From Sphyrna mokarran (Eukaryota), in NCBI GenBank assembly GCA_024679065.1, contig JAGIQG010000028.1, positions 11,160,001-11,224,000 on the forward strand: DNA of 64,000 bases. Reading direction: 5' to 3'. Below are positions 13,606 to 26,247 of the stretch, one piece after another. The number at the start of each line of letters is the position of its first letter. Position 1 is the first letter of the stretch. The notes below the pieces were generated by a model. That model was not told where the DNA came from. It was given only the letters and a program-made list of their open reading frames with translations, and did not search any database. The position numbers and the translations under genes are program-made.

Positions 13606-15596
13606 AGAATCTACCTCAATTCACAGATGGCGAATGGCATAAATAGGAGCTCCATCATTCATAGAAAATAACAAATTATAAAAGTTGGAAATGGCTCTTA
13701 TGCATGGATTACCAATCTCTTTTTCTGTCTATTCAATATCTTGAATAGTTTCCACAATTTCTTGTACACGCATATGCTTTTGTCAGGCAGTAATTGTCTA
13801 CAAGTTCCGCTCCATTCCCCATCATGTTCTGCATATTTCTACGAACAACAGATTGCCAATATCAGTGTCAAGATTTGGTTTAAACTCCCTCTCCCATGAG
13901 AGAAAGCAAGGAACACTATTAGACTATCCCATCAGCTGTAACACAGGTGAAAAGGTTCTTTATTGGCAGTATGGTTCTGCATAGTCATTAGAGTCTTCTC
14001 ACTTGAGCTCAGATGATGAGGTAACCTTGCTCCTTAATAGTATTGTAATTCTAATACCTGGCAATGCGAAAATGATATCAACAGTTGGACAGCATGGTAA
14101 TCAGAAGCAATATGATGGACAAATTTACTTTACAAATGAAAAAGATATGTTGTAAGCTGTGTGATTTGTTTGAGAATTTACAAAATAAGTTTTGTATTAA
14201 TATACTGGTGTGTATATCTTAACACCGGCTCCCCTGTGCTGCTTAGATTCTGTAGGGTAGAAACCATTTAATAATGGGCAAGATCATGGCCTAGAGGGTC
14301 AATCATAGACTTATTTATACTTGAGTTGTTTTATCATTTTCTTTTTTACAAACTTACTATACCCATTTACAAAAACAAGCAAAAATAGCTTATTGCTAGA
14401 TGCTCCAGGCTGATTCAATTCGTTATGAGAAACATCCAGACACAGCATTCAGCCATAAATAATAAATCAAATTGCATTCTTTCTAAAATGCCAATCTTTC
14501 ATAAATAGTAAATGCTGCATCCAGTTCTGTGGACTGGCCCACAATGATATACACTCCCCAAGGGAGTCTATGTACATTGGATGCCTTGCCTGAGTTCCTG
14601 TACTCTCTGGGCCACCTGGTAACAGCTGCTGGACATGAGTAGTAATTCACTTTGCCCCTAACCAGACGGTGTACCTAATGACTTCTCATTTCTTTTTGCT
14701 TGAGCAGCTAAGTCACATAAAGCTACTCTAGGTAGCAGGAGTTGAGGTCTTGAATATTACCATGCCGCTGGTGTGACTGAATGCACTGTCCCAGTGTATG
14801 GTGCCTTTTCAGTCTGTGAACAAGGTGTGAGGATAAGCATTTTATGTGCTTTCCCTTGATCCGTTAGGTACAATTAGACAGTTGCTATTTTTCCACCGTC
14901 TCCCAACCTATCACTTTCCCAAGGTTGCTAATGTTGCTAAATTATACTTCTGGATTTTTCACCAAATGATCACCTGTTACCAATTGCCTCACCTCTACAA
15001 TCCCACTAATGGCTGCCCATCATGTTAATCCTCATGGTGGTTCACCTTCTTACACCAGAGGAAAAATGAATAGATTCTTCATTACTCAATTGGATGATTC
15101 TTCCCTGTTTGTTCACATTTCCGTGTCTGATATTGCTATAATGAAACAACTGTGCGAAGAAAATTAAAACGATATTTTAAATACCCCTCCAAGTTTTCTC
15201 ATGGATTGTGTTAGAGATGAGCCTTTAATCTCTGAAGACTCCAGATTATCCTGGTTGTTTGGTGACTGTTTTTGCCTGCTGTCGATCCTCCCGCATCCCA
15301 CCCAGCCAGGCCTCCTCACACAGGCTTCTGCAACCCAGCTTTTGTCAACTGGTGTAATTGCACAGATTATTTGTAACACCTACTATCACCTCTTCAGAGC
15401 CCACAGCCAGGTTATCTCTCCTGACACTATTATTTGTTGCCTCAGTGTTCACTGACTTAACCACGGGAGCCATCATGGAAAGCTGCCTGTCATTCAGTCC
15501 TACTACATTCGCACAGAATGCTACTATATGGATTGTTTTCAATCGAAAACTGAAGTAATTTTCCTTTGAACTTTTTAAAAACTCTCTTAAGCAAAC

Positions 15597-15870
15597 TATA
15601 TACCACCACCTATCCATCTACGGTATCACCACATATCCATGGCCAATATACCACTACATATCCATCTACAGTGTACCTCCATTTATCCATTGACAGTGTA
15701 CTACCACATATCCATTGACAGTGTACCACATGCATATCCATCGACAGTGTTTCTCCACTTTATCCATTGACAGTCTACCACCACCTATCCATCACCAATG
15801 TCCAACCATACATCCATCGCCAGTGTTTCACCACATATTCATCGCCAGTGTACTTCCACATATCCATCTT
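15597..15870. repeat. Minisatellite, ~25-bp unit (ccacatatccatcgacagtgtacca-like), about 11 degenerate copies
   Basis: atccat recurs about every 25 bp. Confidence 0.85.
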
Positions 15871-16661
15871 ATACCACAAGATACCCATCAACCAACCTTC
15901 GATCCCTGCTCAACACAGCATACAGACGTTCACGTGAATAAAATGAATGTTTGCTACGTTGTCACTGTTATTTTAATGAGAATCAGGATGCCTTCAACCA
16001 TTATAGTTGCATTTATTTGCAGACTGCAGTCAGCAGATTTGTCACTGAATTTGCAGAGTGAGATGACAGAAGATAAATGCAGGACAATGACAGTCAGTCT
16101 GCAAATGGAACATGTCCTGACACTGAGCATAAATCTCTCATTGAAGCTCTGCCTGGCATTCTAAATTTGTCCTGAGCGTGTTTGCAGTCAGTAATCAGTG
16201 ACACAAGGAATAGGGCTGTAAAAATGTTCTAACTTTGTCTATCAAAGAACATCACAGAATTTACAGCAGCAGAAATCACCTGTTTTGTTTCCTGAATAAT
16301 ACTGTACTGAAGTTAAATTTGAATATTCCAAACAAAATTATAGATTTAGGTTTGAGATGAAAGGAAGGGGGAAAAAAAACAGAAGATCCTGGAAACACAC
16401 ATTAGGTCCTGCAGTGACTGAAAGAGAAAGATTGGCTAATGTTCCTGAGAGTATAGAAGGTTCAATCTAAACCATTAGTCTGTCTTTTTCAAATGCAGAG
16501 TACCCTGCTGTGCATTTCCACCAATGTTTCTGTTCACATATTGGTTGCTTCTTGCTGCAGTGTGAAATGTTAGCTAACTTAAACCACTGACTCACAGTAT
16601 TAATTCTGAGCCATTTGCAAACCGTCTTGCTTCCAGAGGGCCTGTCAATTTTAAGTCCTGG

Positions 16662-18180
16662 TAGAAAAGCCTCAAAACATCAGGTTAAAGTCTAACAGGT
16701 TTATTTGGTAACATGAGCTTTTGGAGCGCTGCTCCTTCATCAGGTGAATAGAGAGTTGGGTTCACAAACACAGCAGGTATAGAGATTCAATTGCAAGATA
16801 ATGGTTGGAATATGAGTCTTTACAGGTAATCAAGTCTTTACGGGTATCTTTTTTTTTATTAGAGCAACACAGCACGGGAAACAGGCCCTTCGGCCCAACG
16901 AGCCCGCGCCGCCGTCATAACTTTATAGTAACAATTCCATTTTCCTATTCTAATTTTAGGTTATGCCTAATATGGAAGAATCTCAATATAGAGACAATTT
17001 GTTTCCCAATCAGCCTAAGAGCGAATTTTTGGGATGTCGGAGAAAACCCACGCAACCACGGGGAGAACGCGCAAACTCCCGCAGACACCGGCCCAATTCC
17101 AAGTGTCTGCACAGCTACAGCGATAGTCACTGAGCTGTCATGGTGCCCTTCAGATGGTCCAGATAAAGCACTCATTTACGACATGAAGCACCAGGCAACC
17201 CATGAATCAACATCCAAGAGCTGTCCTCGCACCACCTGCCGAATGCATGCTCCTTGTTGGTCAAGTTGGACCGAATTACCTGTGGAAAAAAAAGTCATAG
17301 TTAAACAGTCCTACTATATCCCTCTATCTGCATACCGCTCATGTGGCTGTCCAAGAGACCCTTAAACAGCCCTAGTGTGCCTGCTCCCACCACCTTACTC
17401 GGCAGTGCATTCCACACCCCCACTACCCTTTGTGTGAAAAACTGCCCTCTAATATTCGTCTTATACATAGCCCCCCTCACCCTAAGGCCATGACCCCTCT
17501 TCCTATCCATTTCTGAAGGTGGAAAAAGTTTACCACCATTTTCTCTATCTATACCCCTTATAATCTTATACACCTCTATTAGATCCCCTCTAAGCCGACG
17601 TCTTTCAAGGGAAAACAACCCCAGTCTATTTAATCGTTCCTCATAAGACAGTCCTTCCATACCAGGCAGCATCCTGGTAAACCTCCTCTGCACTCTCTCC
17701 AAGGACTCCACATCCTTCCGATAGTACGGCGACCAGAACTGGACGCAGTATTCCAAGTGAGGCCTAACCAACGTTCTATACAATTGCAACATCAAACTCC
17801 TACTCTTGTATTCTATACCCTTTTCTATGAAAGCTAACATACTATACGCCTTCTTTATCACCTTCTCCACCTGTGAGGACACCTTCAGAGACTTGTGAAC
17901 CTGCACCCCCCAGTCTCTCTGCGTCTCTATGCTCCGTATAGTTTTACCTTTTATCCTATAACTCTCTTCTACATTTTTCCGGCCAAAATGCATCACCTCG
18001 CATTTATCCGCATTAAATTCCATTTGCCATCTATCTGCCCAGTCTACCAACCTGTCTATGTCCTGATGAAGGACTGGTCTGAAAGCTCATGCCTCCAAAT
18101 AAACCAATTGGACTTTAACCTGGTGTTATGAGACTTCTTACTGTGCCCATCTCAGTCCAACACTGGCATCTCCACGTCAA
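16662..18180. mobile_element. Palindromic Penelope-derived element (arms ~16662-16846 and ~18062-18180) hosting the young CR1
   Basis: Arms match 42249-42662; hammerhead-like cores at 16712-16746 (-) and from ~18062 (+). Confidence 0.75.
16849..18065 (-). mobile_element. Young 5'-truncated CR1-clade LINE with uninterrupted ORF2 C-terminus (249 aa, 17301-18050) and a ~450-nt 3' UTR containing a V-SINE
   Basis: WADRWQMEFNADKCEVMHFG..LYRTLVRPHLEYCVQFWSPY..RRRLRGDLIEVYKI..FFTQRVVGVWNALP with no stops; CpG-rich 3' UTR ending taataaaaaaaaa. Confidence 0.95.
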
Positions 18181-19019
18181 TCTTAGCTCTGATAGGGAAA
18201 AAAAAATACAATTTGGGAAATGCACATTAATTTTCTGTTCGTATTAATTACAGTAATGACTCTGAATTCTGTATTCAATCAAAATTGCCATATTACTGGA
18301 ATTAGGATAGCTGTTTCGCCACAACAGAACTGCTTGTGTTTACAAAACACTTGCTCGTAATATGAAAACGTCTTGAATTATTTCACTAGTTTTGACAGCA
18401 ATAAGATGGTAGCCAGTCACCTTACTTTTTGTGCCATTTATTGTTGGGTGGAACTTTGGCCATGGTGCACACAAAGGTTTCTGCTTATGGTTTCAGATGG
18501 GCCATGAGATATTTACTTCAGCTAGCCATTGGAAGCCAGTTTAAAGACAACTTCAACAATGTTGCCCTGGATGTTCAGATTGGTTTCAAATATTGACGTG
18601 GGACTTGTGGATCTGAGGCTATAGGAATCAAGTTCCGTGATTACACATGGAACTTGATCACCTCACTGATACACTTGTGTTGCACGGGTCTTACCTTCCA
18701 ACATAGTGGGGTATTTTAACCTGCAAGTGGAGTCAAGTGGATGGCAGCACATGCAGGGGTGAGAACATCAGAAAATGCTCTCATGTCAGCAATCTGTGCA
18801 TTTCCAGACATGAGGGAGACCTACACGGGAAAGGCATGTCTGTGACTTAAATACGCAGTGAGTCAGTTGACTCAGAATTGAGCCTCTTTGACTTGTACTT
18901 CCTGGTACCGACTTTCTTAACATCTTGGGAATACCTGAACATCTGCTGAGGGATGAGAGGGCCAGCAGGAGCAGTAACTGCATTGTCCACAGGACAAAGT
19001 TGATGAATGCAGTGTTGTA

Positions 19020-19700
19020 GCCGGCAGGAGGCCATATTCCCCAACACAAGGTGTATTGTCAGAGGACTAGCTTTCTGGGCATGACCGACAGCAGTGTCTC
19101 AGGAGGCTCAGTCTTTCCCGATTGCTGAGATCCAAAGGCTTCTGGAACAGAACCTCTATCCAGGTAGAGCAGATGGACATGCATTGCCGGTGTTCAGCAA
19201 GTCACTTCAGCCCTAAATTTCTTTGCCTCCAGTTCCTTCTAACAACTTGTTATTGAAACCTGCTGGATTTCACAACCTACTGCACAATAGTATATATTCC
19301 AGATGACTGATGCCATATTTGTCCAATTCACCACTTAGTTCTAATTTGTATCTGACGAGGCCAGTCAGAAGAACATCAGATTTTCTGCAATGATTCCCAC
19401 AGATACAAGAAGCCATAGAAGGCACCATGTGGCAATCATGTAACCAACAGTATCCATTAATTGAAAAAGACCCTACTTCCATTAATGTCTAGCCGATCTA
19501 AGCAACCAAAAGTTACCATGCAAAGTGTGAATAAGGTATCTGGGAAGATACCATGGTGCCTTTGTGTTGAACCATTCAAGTGTACCACAGATCTTCACAT
19601 CTCCAAAAGATTGATGGAGACCAGCAGAATGATGGCGACCACACAGCCATACAACAGTCACATGTTGACTTGATGTCACCAGCAAATGGAATAAATTGAA
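19020..19700 (+). pseudogene. Fossil PIF/Harbinger DDE transposase
   Basis: Motifs across frameshifts and stops: KVYCQRTSFLGMTD-QCLRRLSLSR (~19050-19120), VTSALNFFASSSF* (19201-19242), FPQIQEAIEGT-VAI (19394-19440; compare GAIDGTHV), RYLGRYHGAFVLNHSSVPQIF (from 19534; compare RYPGSxHDSFIL). Confidence 0.75.
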
Positions 19701-20079
19701 CAGATGGAATGACGGCTTTTATGGAGGGTTACTGTGAGGGACTGGTGTGCAATGGGAGTATTTTGAGAGTAGGTGTCAGTGGTGCTGTTCAGATGGGAAT
19801 GGGAGGAATTGCCTTATAAGGTAGGAATTTATGGAGCTGCAAGATATGTTGGTTGGAGGAGTGTGGTGCAAGAATGCCTGGGAAAATCAGTGAGTGGGTT
19901 CGCATTTGAATGTGGCATTCTGCTCATCTTTTCTACCCTGATGAACTTATCAAACCATCTTTGACTGTATCCAAAAGTGAGAAACTATTCAAAGCCTATC
20001 TAATTGGTTTGAGTACTTACAGCAACTTGGCAGTTCACTATCACACATTGGTGGGAGCGAGGAATTGGGAAATGAAAGA

Positions 20080-20300
20080 TATATTTACTGACATGCATAG
20101 CTGATTGTTCATTCCTGATTCTCATTACCTCAGTGATGTTCATCCAATATCTCTTTCATCTCAATTGATTGGTGTCTTTCTCCTGTCAGTAGGGAAGACA
20201 ATTTTGGATCCTTACAGCTGGCAGTATTGCCTCCAAGAATCTGAGGTAGAGGGTGGCAGTTTTTCCACATTCAGACTCCCAGTTAGTACTGTTGCCCTCT
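20080..20300 (-). pseudogene. Probable fossil Myb/SANT-like second gene of the same Harbinger element
   Basis: LEAILPAVR then, after a frameshift, IVFPTDRRKTP..YWMNITEV, resembling Harbinger MSANTD-like N-termini; convergent with the transposase. Confidence 0.45.
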
Positions 20301-20829
20301 CTGTCCTGACAGTTGCAAAATGGATCCACCATTCTGAGCTCTGCCAGATTTCCTCTGAATAATGGGGCTTTAACAGTCAAGCGTGGGCTCACTGCTGTTC
20401 AGTTGGCTGGTGATCTCGAAGCAGGAGGCGTTAATGCTGTGCCTGAGGTAAAAAGCTAAGGAAAAACCCACTCAAACAGCCGGATTCTCCACCCACTGTC
20501 AGCCTCGCTCTGCATGCAACTATAATTGCTGCCTGTAATCTTCAGCAAGGACTTTCCTTTGCATCTAATAACTTGGCTGTGGTCTTCAGGCCATTGTGAA
20601 GAATTATTTACAAGGTCTTTCATTTAATTGTTTAATTCATGATGATATGACAAATTTAATGTCTCCTCCCAGTCAAAACCTGGTTGTTATCAAAACCAGA
20701 CTACCATTCTGATTCTGATTTATTTCTGGCTATATTACTGAAATGTAATTGCCATACATATATTTCAGAAGACATCACAATGATGATATAGAAACCTGCT
20801 GCTTTGTGAAACATTGACAGGAAGAACTT

Positions 20830-21280
20830 TCATTGATTTAGCACTTTTCTGGACCACTTAACGTCTCACAATGAAGTATTATTATGAAATGTAGTCACTG
20901 TTGTAACATAGAAATTGCTACTATCAATATGTGCATGTAGCAAGCTTTCTCAAACAGCAATGTGGTAAAAACTGGATAATTTCTTTAGGCAATGCCAAAC
21001 AAATGGTAAATATTGGCCAGCTCACTGGGACGGGTAATTCCTCTGCTTTCCTTTGAAATAGTACCTTGAAATCCTTAACGTCTGCCAAAGAGGTCAGATA
21101 GGATCTCACTTTAACACCTCATTCTTAATAAAGATGGTACCTCTGACAATACAGGATTCCTGAGATATGTACTATAGTGTCAGCCTTGAATTTTGTATTT
21201 GGATCCTGGAGTGCGGTTTGAACCCATAACCGCCTGACTCAGAGAGCAGAGTACTATCAACTGAATCATGGCCAATGTGG
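20830..21280 (-). mobile_element. DeuSINE (SacSINE1-like)
   Basis: Deu-domain aaatattggccag..ggg..aattcctctgct..tttgaaatagt; tRNA-type B-box tttgaaccc; tail tgaaatgtagtcactgttgtaa. Confidence 0.65.
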
Positions 21281-21289
21281 GTATCTATT

Positions 21290-22370
21290 AGAATAAGGGA
21301 TCATGGTGTAAAAGGTAAATATTGGCCTGGATAGACAATTAATTAGCTAGCAGGATAAAGAATAGATGGGTAATTTTTAGGTTGACAAATGACTGCCACA
21401 GGGATCAGTCTTGGAGCCTCAACTATTTACAGTTTATATTGATGATGTGGCTGAAGGAATTGAATGTATAGTTCATTCAGTACATTTGCTAAATTTGCTG
21501 ATGACACCAGGGTAGGAAATTAAATTGTGAAGAAAACATAAGGAATCTGCAAAAGGATAAAGTTAGGTCTGGTGAATCAGAAAAAAAATGGCAGATGGAG
21601 TATATTGTGGGTAAATGTGAACTTGTCTATTTTGGCAGGAAAAATAAAAGAATATATATTATTTTAAATGGAGAGGGATTCCCAAACTCTGAGGTATAGA
21701 GGGATCTAAGTGTCATGTTAAATGAATCAGAAAAAGTTGGTATGCAGGAATAGCAAGCAATTAGGACAGCAAATAGAATGTTGTCATTTATTGCAAGTGA
21801 AATGGAATATAAAAGTAAGGACGTTTTGCTGCAGTTCGGCACTGGTAAAACCACATCTAGAGTATTGTCTACTGTTCTGGTCTCCTTATTTGAGAAAGGA
21901 CATTGACACCTTGATGTTGGCGTGGGCATGTTATTTTATAAGGAAAAGTTGTTCATGCTGGGCCCATATTCGATTTTAGAAAAATGAGAGGTGATCTTAT
22001 TGAAACATATAAGATCCTGAGAGGATTTCATAAAATGAATGCTGAAAGGATGTTTTCCTTTCGTGGGAGATACTAGAATTAGGAGAGACAGCTTAAAAAT
22101 AAGGGGTCTCCCATTTAAGACTGAGATGAGGAGACTTCATTTCTCTTGAGGATCGTGAACCTTTGAATTCTCGATGGAGGCAACGTCATTGAATATTTTT
22201 ATGATAGACATAGTTATATTCTTGACAAACAAGGACATCAAAACATATCAGGGATTGACAGAATGTGAAGTTGAGGCTACAATCAGATCAATAATGATCT
22301 TATTGAATAGTGTAGCAGACTTGAGGAGCCAAATGGCCTATTCCTCCTCCTAATTTGTATGTTCATACAT
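21290..22370 (+). mobile_element. CR1 LINE fragment, degenerate
   Basis: cagggatcagtcttgg, aaatttgctgatgacacc (KFADDT), ALVKPHLEYC, gaggtgatcttattgaaacatataag and 3' tail. Confidence 0.9.
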
Positions 22371-23280
22371 ACCCTAATTCCTATTGCTGCTATGTGAACA
22401 ATTGTATTTGGGAAAATCAAAACTATTTCTATGGATAGTAAATACATTCATATTAAATGTTGAAGCTGAATTTAGAGACTTGTAACAATTTGAAGGTGTC
22501 ACTAAGGGATCAGTAAGGCCTCGAGGCAAAGCTAAAATCAGGTCACAACAAATGGTCAAGGCTTTAGATGTATAGAGGAACAAAAAGGATCATGCACAAG
22601 GTGCCAGATGATAGCAAAGGGGCATTCGGTGAAGGGCATCAGCTGAGGAAGAAGGTCAAGTCCTACATCACAGCCAACTGCTCAGATTCCTAAACCTCAG
22701 GGGAACTGCCTTGGGAAGAGAATGAACCAAAATAACCATCTGGGGAAGTCAAGGCCAGAGTTAAATACAAATCAAACTAACTCATTCTCATTTGTGCTAT
22801 CAGGCAATATATGAAACTACTGATAGTTGTATTATATTATTTTTTTGCTTGCCTGAGAAATCTTGATGTAATATCATTATTATGATCTTTCTCCTTAATC
22901 CTAGCAGGAATCAAAGCACTGTACAGTATTGTAATTGTACATAGATCAAGATATAAGACTGTATCTACTGCAATATTTCATTGGAAATGTTGCAGTAGAT
23001 ATGACAGTTATCCTCCATTTTATTGTAAAGCCAGTTAGACATGGTAAGAAATTATTTTGTTGAAAAATATGGTATGGGTCAGTTGTGTGCCAGCTGACTC
23101 CTCACTGAAGGTTCTGAGTTTGTATTCCAGGGCTGTCAGCCAGTGTTGCATGAAACACTTCATGAAAGTGAGGCATTTCCACATTCCAGATTGGGATATA
23201 TTAGCCAACTTAACTTCACCAAGAGCCAAGAAACAGCAAGTTCTGTCCCTATATGCAGTCACAGTTTCGTGAAGATTGTG

Positions 23281-24313
23281 GGGGCGATTCTCCAAAAATA
23301 CTTTAAAGTGTTGAATTGGTGGGTAAAATGGTGTAAATGACAATTTTTTTTTAGTGCAACTTCAGACTTGAATCTCCCACACTCTGTGCACTGCAGAGGT
23401 CACAATCTGGAATATTATTAAAATCTTAGAGGCAGGGCCCATTCTCACCAGAGTCTGACAGTTCTGAGCCTCCCTGATCTGTCAGCCTCCCGTTTGACGG
23501 CCAGCTGTATTGCTGGCCAACTCGGGGCCCTCGCATTGCTGACCATTACCTCCCCCACCCCAAGCTCCCATCATAGGCCGATCATGACCCCCACGAGCAT
23601 CCCTGGACCAGCTCCAACCCAGCCTCATCCCAGAGCACCCAATCTCCAGGCTGCCGCTCTCTCCACCGACACCTGCCAGCAGTTACGATTCCTCCCCCCA
23701 CCCTTGGCAGACCATCTACTCTCCTTTGGCAGAACCGCTCCCCAGCCTGTCCTGATCACTGGCTTCCCTCCAGTCTTGACCAGATGCCAATGCAGCAGGG
23801 TAGCGGGACCCCACCCAAGACCAACCCCCTTGGCACTTCCAATGCACGATGAGCAGTGCCAAGATGCCCCAGGCATGGGCACTTTGCTCCTTGGGCAGTG
23901 CCAGGGGCACAGGCTGACATTGGCAAGATGCCCATGCCCAGAGGGCATCACCCCCCTCCCCAAATCTCCTGATCCTTTGGGTGCCCCCATTCATCCAACG
24001 AGATGTCTCACTGGAGAGCTACTGTGAACCCCACTGAAGTGAATTTGTACTGGTGGGGAGAGTGATCTATCAGGCTCAGAGAATTCAGTCCCTGGCCCGA
24101 TAATCAGATTCAAATTACATTAAAAATAGATAAAAATGATTTACCTAATCTTCCTGCCGGTTTCCTCCATGGTCCTAACTGTGTTGAATTTCCAGCAATG
24201 GGAGGCATGCATGCATCAGGAACACCTACATGAATCCCGCAAATCAGCGCTTGCGCATATCACTCAACCTGACCTGCCAAAAAATTAGTGGGTTGGAACG
24301 GGAGAATCACTCC
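23281..24313. mobile_element. ~1-kb non-autonomous DNA transposon with short TIRs (Harbinger-like)
   Basis: Left end ggggcgattctcc and right end ggagaatcactcc (imperfect 13-bp TIR); GC-rich interior with no recognisable protein. Confidence 0.6.
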
Positions 24314-24649
24314 TTTTGTGCCTATGTAGCACCTCTCTTCCATGTTGGAGCAAAAGGGATCGCTTTCAGTGACTGATAGTCACAGAGGTGGCATTGTGGC
24401 CCAGTTTGTAGGATGTGAGGCACAGACTCACATCTGTGAGCTTAGATAGGAGAATTATGCCCACAGTATGTGAGTAGGTACTTGTGCAGGTCTTGGTGAG
24501 ATTTGATTATACTAGAGAAGACTGGATTACTCCTAAGGAGGCTGTGTGCTGTCTTGAATATTATTACGTTAGGATGCTCTGCAATTGTTTCTTATAAAGC
24601 TTAGTGAAACAGAGTTTAATTAAATATAAGAAAAGCCTAACTCAGTAGA

Positions 24650-25615
24650 AGAGCACACAAAATAGAAGCAGGAGTAGACCACGTGACTCATTGAGTCTAT
24701 TCTATGCCATTCATAGCTGACCTTGAGTTTCAACTCCACTTTACTGCCCGCTTCCCATGTCGCGTGATTCCCGGACAGATTAAAACTTTACCTTTAAATG
24801 TATTCAACGATGGAGCATCCACAACTCTCTCAAAAAACAAAGATTCACCTTTGAATGAAGTCATTTCTCCCCATCTCAGAAGTAAATTATAGGCTGTTAA
24901 TTGGATTCTGAACACTCCCTGCCCCTGTGTTTTGGATTCCCCAACTAGCAAAAACAACCTCCCAGCACCTATCCTGTCAAATCTCTTCAGAATCTTGTAG
25001 TTTCCGAGATCAGCTCATTTTCTTCTAAACTCCAGAGAATATGAACTCAATTACTCAGGCTCACATTATAGCAGAACCTCCATATCCAGGGACCAATTCA
25101 ATGCTCCTTCACTATACCACCTCCCATGCAAGCATATCTCATAAATGTAGAGACCCAAACTGCACATACTCGTCCAGATGTGGTCTCCTCATCTGTACAA
25201 TTGTAGAAGGATTTCTTTATTCTTGTAATCCAATCCCCTGGAATAAAGCCCAATATTCCAAATGCCTTCCTACTGGTTTGCCAACTTTGATGTTACTTGT
25301 ATGAGTACACTCAAGTTTCTTTCAACATTAACGCTTAACAAGTTTCTCAGCTTATAAAAATATATTCTGCTTTTCTATCCCTGTGACCTAGGTAAATAAC
25401 TTCACATTTCTCTATAACATATTCTATATGCCAACTTATTACCCACTCACTTAACCTATCTGTATTTTCTTGCAGCCTCTTCCCCTACAGAACCTCCAAC
25501 AGCTTACCTTTCCCTCTAGCTTTGTATCACCAGCAACTTAGATAAATTATTCACCAGCTCTCCCTCTGAGATAGGGATGTAAATATTAAATAGCTGAGGG
25601 ACCAGCAGTGATCCA
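24650..25615 (-). mobile_element. CR1 LINE fragment, degenerate
   Basis: Tail aaatagaagcaggagtagacc; ERVVDAPSLNTFK-like end; decayed RT up to ~25600. Confidence 0.85.
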
Positions 25616-26247
25616 CTATCTCTATGGCTATCACTTTTAGAATCTGAAAGTTCAGGCCATCATGTCACAGGGATTTGTTGGAATTTAGTTCCTTAAGTTC
25701 TCCAATATTTTTTCCCTGCTGCTATTCATTTCCTTAATTTCCTCACTCGTTTTAGCTCCTAAGTTACTGTCAATTTCCGATATCATACTGATGAATTTCA
25801 GAACTTGCTGGGGATATGCAGAATTAAACTTAGAGAAAGATACACGTCCTGCGAAGATTATAAATGGGTTATCTTATTATTAATGGAACCATAGCTAAAA
25901 ATCTTAATTAAAATGTCAAGGACCAGTGGACACTTTTCATGCAGAGTTTAAGGAAAAGTTGGAGATTCTGTCAGTAATGGTTTTAGTGGGATATCTGCCA
26001 AAGGTTTGCTGTGTTATAGACATTTACAATTATATAATTTTTTTCTTCAATTGAATGTCAAATTGGGTATCAATTTTGGAGCAGAAAATCAAATTTAATT
26101 TCATTGATAAAGACCAGTCCAAAACTGCCTTTTTTAGTGACTTGCTGTTGATTTCGGGCAGTTGTCTAGTTAGTATGTCACAGTTGGCCTCAGAATTATG
26201 GAGGGAAAATACTGCCAGAGTTCCTGCATGTGTGAAGATGTAGTTCA

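Noticed and set aside
14480-15620. Possible nested - strand exons (53-nt AG..GT segment at 14761-14813, open frames at 14483-14674 and 15164-15617)
   Set aside because: The acceptor at 14675 is purine-rich and the peptides are unrecognisable; RNA-seq would be needed.
15597-15870. Regularly spaced repeat resembling a CRISPR array
   Set aside because: Contiguous degenerate tandem units with no unique spacers and no cas genes, in a eukaryotic context.
17274-17296. ttttttttccacag|gtaatt (recursive-splice-like motif) just after the LINE stop codon
   Set aside because: It lies on the strand opposite to ACOT7 transcription; a single motif with no supporting evidence.
16805-17365. 186-aa + strand ORF
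   Set aside because: It is antisense to the LINE 3' UTR and SINE and crosses element junctions; no protein resemblance.
23494-24027. 177-aa Pro-rich ORF and overlapping antisense ORFs
   Set aside because: GC-rich non-autonomous transposon interior, where stop codons are rare by composition.
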